A stretch of 64,000 bases of DNA from Lingula anatina (Eukaryota > Animalia > Brachiopoda): assembly GCA_051362555.1 (NCBI GenBank), contig CM120646.1, positions 2,914,001 to 2,978,000 on the forward strand, given 5' to 3'. How positions within the stretch are numbered: the first letter of the stretch is position 1; each line of letters begins with the position of its first letter. Positions 54,122 to 64,000 of this stretch are shown here, one piece after another. The position numbers and the translations under genes were made by a program. Under the pieces are notes generated by a model. That model saw only the letters and a list, made by a program, of their open reading frames with translations, was not told the origin of the DNA and searched no databases.

Positions 54122-54865
54122 AACGAGGACAATTCCTAATCAAAATGCTTTTAAAACGCTTGGTAGAACATATCCAAGGACACCTTGAGTGTGAGGTTCT
54201 TCCTTCCACAGTGTAATGCCGATTCGAACATAAACGCTTATCACATTCAAATTACTTGCTCGCGCACTGTTATCGTCTGGAAAGAGAGAAAATTCTTAGA
54301 AATCAGCATATTGTTTTAAATGCCAACCGCTGCTCGGATTTTATATTGACTTGTGGAGCCTTGAGCTCGTCATGTAAAACAAGTCCTCTATTGTTTCTCA
54401 CGAGGCTGATTGCTCACCCCCTAACTCTCACATCGGGCGTCCACATAATACTTAACTGTCTGAAATTAAACTTAACGTGCATTTCACCCCTTATTTAAAA
54501 ACAAGTGAACTAACAAGATAACATACTTTAAATAAAAGATTCGGCCTTACATAAGATAGTCTTGCGGTATTCGTTGACATTTACCATCAAAATACATGAA
54601 AAAGCAACAGAGTCGTACTTTTATCCACACAGCTGCTGTATTACCCTGTGATGAAGAAGTTGACCCTACCATAGCTTTTGCAGCCTGGGGTGGCTTGAAC
54701 TCTCCTTCACCGGGTATGTGTGTGTGTGGGTGTGGGGACACGGCAGAGAGAGAATGTGGAAGAACCGTACCACTATGTGCATTTATTTACACCTACGAAT
54801 ATGCGTACACATTTTGTTACGAATATGCGTACACACTATGTTAACTTTTTACAAAACAACCAAAA

Positions 54866-54867
<2 letters not shown>

Positions 54868-54925
<58 letters not shown>
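54868..54925. repeat. (ATA)n microsatellite
   Basis: Directly visible. Confidence 0.95.
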
Positions 54926-54927
<2 letters not shown>

Positions 54928-55532
54928 GAATAGATAAATAAATAACTGAATAAATAAATAAATGGATGAATAAATGAATAGAATGGATTATAAAATAACA
55001 ATAAAATCAATAGACTTTTATGAGCTACTCCTAATTTTGTTACGTTTTATTTGGAACCTAAGAGAGCATTAGACATGTGGAATACTTAAAAAGTTTGATG
55101 GATATTACGCGATCCACACACGGAATGGCGGCAAATGAGGTGGAAAGAGAGAAAACAGATTTACTCAGATTGGGTATGAGCCTATCAACAGTTCTATATC
55201 CCAAATAATTATCCGACTCATTGTTTATGGGCATGCCTTTGAAAACAACGTTTTATCTGTCTGGAAACCTTTTTCCCTGTCCTGAAGGAGCATTACACGA
55301 CTAAAAGAATTTTCGTTTTTCCCCTGGTTCCTAAATAACCTTTTTGTCCTCACTGTTTGCGCAACACGTGCATCACGCGATAAGAACGCCACAACGGCAA
55401 ATGCAACTTCGTAGCTTCAGAAGCATTGCGCCTATGGGTGATGCATTACTGCCACAACATCCATTAAGGAAAATGGAAGGAAAAGAAATGGACACCTGTG
55501 CTTTGCCTAATCGTGAGCTTTGGGTAACTTAA

Positions 55533-55792
55533 AGGTACTCTTTGGTGATGATAAACAGCCTATAAACAGATTATTTTTCTTTAAAACGTATTGAGAACAT
55601 GTGGCGGATCATCATGCAAAGTAGAAAGCATTATGAGAATAAATTTGGTTATGAAAGCTGCAGCTTATAAGCTTATAAAAAAGTAAATTAATCATTCATG
55701 GACGTTTAAAATATTTTGATGGATTTTGTATTGTTTTGTGTTTCCCCCCTCTAAGCAAAAAAGTTCTTTCTTCATACTTAATCACAGCGCCT
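55533..55792. mobile_element. Possible TTAA-flanked non-autonomous element (Kolobok- or Crypton-like)
   Basis: TTAA|AGGTAC...AGCGCCT|TTAA with weak terminal inversion and a central palindrome TTATAAGCTTATAA. Confidence 0.35.
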
Positions 55793-57487
55793 TTAAGCTG
55801 TAACAGAGTTCGGTGACTATGGAAGCTATCAAATGATCAACCATGTCTTTAAAGGGCGGTTTGCTGTCCTCAAATAAGTGATACGGCACTCCCGTTTAGT
55901 GATCTTGGATACGGTCAGGGCGTAGATTAATCAAAGCGCATTTGGAAGACGATAACATATAACAACGTATTAATATATAAGATTGTCCTTAGGATGAAGT
56001 TGGTTACTAATCAAACTGGCTTTCATGACAGTATATATTTCAGCCAAACAACCCTCTTCTTAAAGGCATTTTTACCAGATTTTTTGAACAAGAAAATCAC
56101 TTCTGTTGCCTGTTGGCAATAACAATTGAAGCAAATAGATGGAGTGTTCTTTGAGGATAAATGGTTCAATTCTTGGTAAATAACAAAACAAGTGACTTTT
56201 TAGATTGAGCCAATATGGCACTCGTATATCATATGTATTTGTATTTCTTAGAAATGCCATTTGAATCAATCGCAATGTCAATAAATGTCTATTTACGAAC
56301 GTGTCGCATTACAATGCTATCATTCTATAGTATGAATTGCGACAGGTGCGACTTTGTCACTGGTCGTCCCGTCAATCTCAACTGTCGCATTTGGCACCGG
56401 CTTTGGTTAATTGTGAATACGGCTCCTTGATAACAAAATGATCTGTAATGTTCTCAAAACAAAAACACTAAACAAAAATTTGAAATAAGAACGCGTGACA
56501 AATGAGGTGGCATTTAGTATCATTTTTTTCATAAACAGTCCTGACAATTTCGACCGATGCGGGATAATCAGAGAGATGGAATAGGAAAGATTATTTTTCC
56601 ATCTGAATCATATTCTGAATCATAACACATATAATAAACACAAAGAGTTTTAATTTTACAGTACCTCTACGCAGGTTATGATATATATAGAAGCTAATGT
56701 TAGGGTTTTGGCAATGTATTAATGTAGTAGCAACACAAGTTATTTCCTCTACAACTATTCAGAGGTTTTCCAACGACCGATTGATGCCAAGGGCATCGCC
56801 ATGTTGCCTGACCGTCACCATGGTTTCGCATAAACAAAATTCATATGTGACAAATCGGAAAGTGCGAGGCATTGTGGATACAAAAAGACGCCTATTGACA
56901 TTATTTCGCTTTACCTCAGTCCCCGAACAATAGAATTGTATACGATATGTTCAAAGCTATTGAACCGACACGACACACTGTATTTGTTGTGGAGGGTTTA
57001 TTATATACATAGAAGCACAATAGCACAGTGATGTGGTACGATGTATTAGCATGTAGTTAACGGGACTTTAATAATGTACCAAGGTCAGTACTGACAGGGT
57101 ACCATTGATATACAGTGACACGGGGGCGACCAAATCAAAACTCAGAGATGTATTGACAACAATAGATATTAGAAACTGATCCCGACTAAAGCCGCTACAG
57201 GATTAATAATACGTTTATATCCATTCTAACACGTCCAAGTTGCGGCGACCGAAAGCAGGACATCAGATCCGAGTAAAGGTAGGCCTACGTCTTAAATGTC
57301 ACTGACATGTGTCAATCTGCCCATGCGTTTAATTGCCCACACTTTGAAATACTGTACTGTCTTACATGTTGTATATACGAAGATCTTACACGGTGAGATC
57401 CAACTTAAATGAGTTCAAATCGTGATGAAAGACAAGATTAAAAGCACGGCTATTTACAGTGTGTGAGTAAAACTACTACCCCCCCCC

Positions 57488-57518
<31 letters not shown>

Positions 57519-57812
57519 ACCGCCCGTATCAAAGTGTGTTTGTTATTTTTTAGATAAGATATACATGTAGGTTCTACGCAGTGAGTTTAAATCGTCACAC
57601 CCTCCCGGCATTGTAGCTCCATGTAGAGAAGGTTGGGTGCGGTAGGCCACTGATACACAATTCACATCAGAGGATATTACCAGTAGACAATCAATACCCG
57701 TTTTATACATGCTCTTGATTGATTTACAAAGGCGTAATACTATCATACGCTGACCATGTCACTTATACAGACGTGTGCAATACCCCCAGCTTCCAGCATA
57801 TGCACACTGAGA

Positions 57813-57903
57813 CACACACACACACACACACACACGCACGCACACGCACGCACGCACGCACGCACGCACAAACACACACACACACACACACGCACACACA
57901 CAC
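57813..57903. repeat. (CA)n/(CACG)n compound microsatellite
   Basis: Directly visible. Confidence 0.95.
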
Positions 57904-58888
57904 TCCCAAAAACTTACTCGTGCCTTTACGCACCGATAAACGTCTTCATGTGCGCTCGTGCTCTCGCAATATTTATGTTGTCAGTTTAACAGATATCATG
58001 TAATCCTTGGTAAAATGGTGGTGTAACAAGCCCTAATACTTAATACTTATGACGGATTGCATTAGGAAATTTTGCAGTAGAAGCCTGGAAGCTGAATACA
58101 ATCGTGTGTAATGCAGGAATACAGTATTGAACGCCGTGTACGTATGTGCTTCTGGCAACTTTCTGATTTCCGTTTTTGATGGCAGACAATATGTTTCTAT
58201 AATGAACTGTTCCGCTTTTCAATGCGGACAAAAATTAACTTCAGGTATAGATTTAGATTAGTTATAATACACCGATATTTCCCTCTTACTAGCACGTATA
58301 CTGGAATAACGATTACTTCTGGTTAATGGGTGTCTTTGTAAGTTTACAGTGAAATACAACATAGCAATGCCTCCCCCCCCCCCCCCCCCCCCCCCCCCGG
58401 TTGTACATGTACATTATACACGTGTACTAAGCCAAATATTTTTAGAAAAAAACATAAGAAGATGTTTTGGCCTTTTAGCTGCGCATATGGAATAAACCAG
58501 CAGTTGCCTTGATGACTTCCTTAACAACCATTGCAATACAGAAACAAATTTAAAAGATCAGGAAAATGACAATAATATTTTGATGATATATACTGTAAAC
58601 ACCGGTACATATAGCTCGTCAAAATACTACGCACACAGTAGCCGCGGATGGCGAAGGACGGTCTTACGTCATCCGAAGTGGTTGCTGCGTTAAACAAACA
58701 GCACGCTGAATATGTTATAACTTGACCGGTCAATACACGCGTCAGGGTGAAGTAAAAATATTAGATATTTTCATGTCCCACTCCTACCTGTGTCAAACAT
58801 AGCAACGTTGTGGCTTTGGGGTAATAGGTATCGATGCGATATTTTGAGAGATTGTTTGAAGTTGTTTTTAATTAATGTTCTTATTAGT

Positions 58889-58889
<1 letters not shown>

Positions 58890-58965
<76 letters not shown>
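58890..58965. repeat. (GT)n(GA)n compound microsatellite
   Basis: Directly visible; a similar compound repeat lies at 61263-61329. Confidence 0.95.
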
Positions 58966-58968
<3 letters not shown>

Positions 58969-60383
58969 AAACGATGATATATGACTGTCTCCAAATTAGC
59001 CCATAGCCACAACATAGTCTGTCCTTATGGTCGAAGGTATAAAAAACACTATTGTTGTCAGTGGGTATTGCTGTGTTATCCTATTATTAATTATGATATA
59101 TGCAATACACAAAGGTGAACATTACTGTCGTCCGAATAAAGTAACAGTACGTGCAGCTTGAACCATTAAGTCTCCGATTTCTTTGCTGTAAGCTAATTTC
59201 AGCCTAACCTTATCATTATTTCACATTATTATTGCGTTTTTTTTATTCAGCTATTATTTCTTTCATATCATTTAAATGTTGAAGAATATATCCTTAAAAT
59301 GATTTGCAAAATGTGAAATTTCCTGCAATCGCCTTTAAAATCTCCCAACAGATTTCAGTTAAGAGAAAGCCATTGAAAATCACATTTTACATACACTGTA
59401 CTTTTCAAAGCTGGTCTATAACTTATCCACAAATTTCAATTGACTCGACAACATACAATACCCTAGGCATTGTTAAAAAAACGAGAACCCTCAGGGACAC
59501 TGTTACAACAAACAATATCACTGTTTAATGTTTTCGTCAAGTCTTTGAAACGGGGCATAGCAACAGAAAGCAAACTTGGCTAGTGTATTTAACAACAAAA
59601 CATTGTGTCTCCCGGGGTAATGGGGTGTCAAGTTTGTTTTTTACTTTCTAAATAGACAGACAGCGTTGTTGGTGCCCATGATCCGGTCGAGATCCTGCTA
59701 TTATCCTATTGGTGATTCATCGTCAGCAGATTCAGGATATTACTGAAAAAAGGGGGAAGCAAAGTGTTTAATTCTTACTTGATATTTATCACGGCATTTA
59801 ATACATCCCTAGGGGAAATTGTGAGTTCGAGTTTATAAATTTTCTGAAATAATTGATTTTTTTTCTCCCAAATACGAAGGAAGCATCAATTCAGCCAAGC
59901 TGATGAAATCGTGTGATGAAATGAGTTTCGTCATTTCCTTCCTTTTTTCTTTCCTTCTCCTTTTTTATTTAAATCAGTAACCCTCATAATTGTATTGAAA
60001 AAATGTACGATCGCAGTGAAGAAAACCTCAACCTTTTAAAGGTATTATCAACGCTGTCCCTGAGAGGACAACAAGGCAGTAAAATATTCCGCAATGTCAT
60101 TCATACCTCGGAGAACGCGTACGTCAAGTAGCCGCCCACTTCTGACATCGAACAGTCTTGTAAATTAACATCAGGACAGAGATTTATCGCGCACCTAGCC
60201 ATTTGAAAAGATCTTTAACAGGCCTAGCCACCGGTTGTCACTAATCTTTCACGGTGTGACACAGTCATTCCCCCCTCACCCTGATCGTCACAAGGTTGAC
60301 CTGAACTGCGCCACTTTATCAGCGGACCGTATCGGCCCCCTTTCAGCCTCACCCTCGGGGTGAAGTCATGTCGCGTGAATCAG

Positions 60384-60598
60384 CTTTATATACAGTTCAT
60401 GCGACAGTAACAGTATCGGTATCTCCACAGTGATTCACCTTTATATTAATTGAAAAGTCAGTCTCATGTTTATGGCATCATATCGGTTATCGAAGCAGTG
60501 TCTGATTAAGAGTTAACTGTGCCAATATATCATTGAAGGGCGTTTTATTTTAACCTTAACGCATTTGGTGGTGAATGTTTGATACGCTTAAATACGAG
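60384..60598 (+). promoter_or_regulatory. Putative TATA element and non-coding first exon of the ADAM gene
   Basis: CTTTATATA near 60384 and a strong donor GAG|GTAAGA at 60598/60599. An acceptor CTTTTCAG at 60998 precedes the ATG exon. Confidence 0.4.
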
Positions 60599-61029
60599 GT
60601 AAGACCCAATTTTTAATCAATGTACGGTTTTGTGATGCTGTCGAAATCAGGCACTTAACCACATCCAACTGATCTTCGATATTAACTTTAATGACTAAGA
60701 TTTTGAACGAAATTTAGCTCAAGGACACCACTTACATTAATCATCACTTACACGTATAAATCTCCAAAATTGTAGTTAATGTTGTGATATATTTAAGTAA
60801 TCAAAAGTTTAATGTTTTCTATTCTTTTCCTCCGGTCCCGCCTCTCAGATAGACTTTTTTTTAAATCTCGTTTTGTTTCTTTCATTTGAGGGCGTTAGTC
60901 TACGTTGTTGAATATGGATCAATTACCACTTACGCAATGTGACAATATGTGTCCATTATACACCCTTCGAAAGCGACTTACTATACCTCTCTTTTCAGTA
61001 CTTTGGGGCAGAAATACAGAGACGCCAAA

Positions 61030-61290
61030 ATGGACATGGTGTCGCTTTTGTGCGTGCTGTTGACGCTGTCTTTCACGACGGCCTCTGATATTGTCAAAGT
61101 TGATGGTAAGAGATGAACGTATCTTGGATTCGATTTGATAAGATTAATTGTTATCAAATATGATATCAGAATTGTTATCTAGACTCGTATAGATTTCAAA
61201 ATTGGTATTTTGATAGTTCAACGAATGGTATAGTATCATTGTATTAATGTATGTATGTCTGGGTGTGTGTGTGTGTGTGTGTGTGTGTGT

Positions 61291-61332
<42 letters not shown>

Positions 61333-62046
61333 CTTTGGCAATTGTGCACTCCAATACTGCATGTACGGTAAAGAACTTCTCGATGTGATCCAAAATGTTA
61401 TATTCTCGATAGCCTACATATATTTTCTATTCTGACAAAGAAAGTAAATCATTTTAATTATAATAAACACTTTTTCTTTAGTGTCTTCCAAATCCGAGGA
61501 CCCTTACGGCCACCTCCATGCCTACCACATCGTTCAGCCTATCCGACTGGAAGGGAACAGGAGAAAACGGGACCTGTCAACCCGGACACACGACAAGGTA
61601 CCCCTGCGTATTACGTCACAGATGTAGTTCACATTCTTCAGTGACGTAATACACAAGGATAAAGAATGTGAACTACCTCAGTGATTCACTATAGAGTGTG
61701 GAACAAGTAATGCAGTGGCATCTGTATCTGTTTTCTCACCTGCTCTCACTTGTGAGACTTTTCTGTAAATTGACGATCGATTTAAGGTGCTAGGCCGTTA
61801 CGTTGTAATATTAAATCATCCCAAACTAAGTGCACACATAAAGAGAACACCATGTTTGCATCAACGCTAATCATGACTCCTTATATCCACCAATCAATGG
61901 TCCTCATAAAATATTGAATTAATTGGATGACTGTTCAAGAGTAATAGGACAGTGCGAACATGACAGCGTCAGTCAATTATGTCTAGATTTCCCTCGTGGT
62001 TACACCTGATAGTGAGGAATATTTTTAATAATAATAATAGTAGGCC

Positions 62047-62085
<39 letters not shown>

Positions 62086-63854
62086 TATTTATTATTTTGA
62101 GATTATTGATCATGGATGAAGTCGGTTTTCTCAAGACATCGTATTCATCTTTCAGGTTTTTCATTTATCACAGCCGTCGTTTTCCATCAGAACTCCTGAG
62201 CGAGATTTTGTAATCGATCTGGAGTTGAATACGTGAGTAATCCTTTATAAGATATAATATAAACATGTCAAATTCAAATGAAACAGACCCAAAAATGTAA
62301 ATATATATGCAAATAATGATAACAATACATGTGAAAATACAAAATTAAAGAAATCGGAATCTCAGCATAAAAATATAACAATAGAAAGAAAATGTCCTTA
62401 GCCCAGTTCATTGATTTGATACAGGTTGTGTAACTGAGTATAATGGTGGTATTGTTAAGAATAACCAATATATTCCCGTTTATGCCATAAAGCAACTGAT
62501 CTTCTAACATAAGGCCTAATGGTTTGATGAAGCGATTGACAGTTTGATGACGTGATATGATGACTCCAATAGAGTGACGTTTTAATCATAATTTTAACCT
62601 AAATCATTTTGTTTTATTTTCAGAGGTCTTCTATCCGATAGATTTATAGAAGTGACCTTTGATAGTGAAGGTCAACGAAGGACAAAGAAGGTGAATTTAA
62701 TTTGTCTCATACTCACTGTATATAATTTTTTATTAGTGTCCATGCACTTTTGTTAATCTTCACAGTCATGATTTTAAATGGACCGTCCGCCTTCCGACCA
62801 GAAGTTTTACATCAGTTTTGTATCATATAGTAATTACCTCCGACACTGTTCTAAAGATTGGTATATTATTTATTGTTACCAGTTGAGAGATTCCATTACA
62901 TCTAGCAGCAAATCGCGATCGTTTACATGTGGTGATTGAAATATGAAAACACTATTACTTTATTAACATAACATTATTATAATGAGTACATGCCATTCCA
63001 GCTTCACCCGGAAAGATGCTACTACCACGGTAAAATTCGGGGGATTGACGAGTCCAATGTGGTCGTCCATACGTGTCGCGGAATAAAGTGAGTAGATGTT
63101 GGTTTAAATCGTATTTTACATCCAAATTTTTAAGAAGACAGTATGAGAACATCATAAAAACGCAATAGTCTTGGTTATTATGTTCATTATTTACTCTATA
63201 TTATTACTTTTTTATTATTCATTCATTCATTCATTCATTCATGCGTCAATTTTTCTCGTAGTGGAATGATCCATGACGGTGATGAAATCCATTATATCGA
63301 GCCCCACATCCATGACGACGTAAGTACATGTAGATTTTCTATACATGGTCGTGTTGAGCAAGACAACTCCTCGTCTTCTCGATTAGTTCACCTACAACAC
63401 TGGTCCAGTGTAACTGGTCTGGATTTGAACTATAAACAGGAGGGAGTTTGCCTCAATACTGTTCAAGGGGCTACTGATCCACGTAGATATAGTACATATC
63501 AATTATAGCTTACCGATTGGACATTTTGCTGGACTCGTGTATATGCTATTACAAACGATTAATACAACCTATCAGATAACGTAGGCGTTATCTGTCCACT
63601 ATATTCTAGTGTTATCTTGTTGTGTATATATCCGCCAACTGTATACTTTCACCAGTATGCACTGGAGTAAAAATTGCAGTTAATATTATGATAATGATAA
63701 TATCTAAAAATACCTAGAAATTGGAAATAGATTGGCGCTGTTTCTACTGATTTATATCTGTCGTCTGCCTGCATTTGACAGAGAGATACGCCCCAGAATC
63801 ACGTGGTCTATAGGAAGTCGGACATCAAGAACCAGCCAAAGGAAATGAAATGCG
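61030..63854 (+). CDS. ADAM (reprolysin/M12B) metalloprotease, signal peptide and prodomain; continues past the window end
   Basis: Exons 61030-61105, 61482-61597, 62156-62232, 62624-62690, 63002-63087, 63262-63319, 63782-63854. Hydrophobic signal MDMVSLLCVLLTLSF. Prodomain motifs YHIVQPIRL..RRKRDL, FVIDLELNTGLL, CYYHGKIRG..HTCRGINGMI, HYIEP, HVVYR, and cysteine-switch-like MKCG. Confidence 0.88.
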
Positions 63855-64000
63855 GTAATTACCAGAAAACCATTCTTATGACAATATTTTTAAGATATTT
63901 GTCTCTTTTTTACAAGCAAATTTGAACAATTTTGGGGTAAAATAACACATTTCTTTCACTGCTTAGTCAATTTACTTTTGGCTCAAGGAGTTAATGGATG

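Noticed and set aside
54547-54844. Short intergenic ORFs on both strands with a donor-like GGTATGTG
   Set aside because: No recognisable domain or partner exons.
63320-63508. ORF extension HGRVEQDNSS resembling an ADAM prodomain motif
   Set aside because: It follows a strong GTAAGT donor, and the true CYYHG exon is at 63002-63087. Read as intron.

Overview
AT-rich, intron-rich animal genomic DNA, probably lophotrochozoan or mollusc-like (inferred from repeat types and gene content). Five protein-coding genes were reconstructed exon by exon from GT-AG junctions. (1) MRPL40 on the minus strand, 6 exons. (2) POLE, the DNA polymerase epsilon catalytic subunit, on the plus strand with 54 coding exons, head-to-head with MRPL40 across about 300 bp. 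(3) A glycine-transporter-like SLC6 on the plus strand. (4) A 396-aa type I membrane protein on the minus strand with two divergent CUB-like domains and PY motifs. (5) The 5' part (signal peptide and prodomain) of an ADAM metalloprotease that runs off the window. Introns hold many non-autonomous elements: Kolobok-like TTAA MITEs, Harbinger-like foldbacks, Helentron/HINE elements with satellite arrays, and LINE 3' fragments, several nested. The most unusual signals are a TRIM-like element with tRNA-derived LTRs in MRPL40 intron 1, paired chloride-site substitutions in the SLC6, three separate exon/donor tandem duplications in the SLC6 (including a duplicated first coding exon), and an interleaved A-B-A'-B' inverted repeat over an ADAM splice donor. 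No database searches were run; family assignments rest on recognised motifs.
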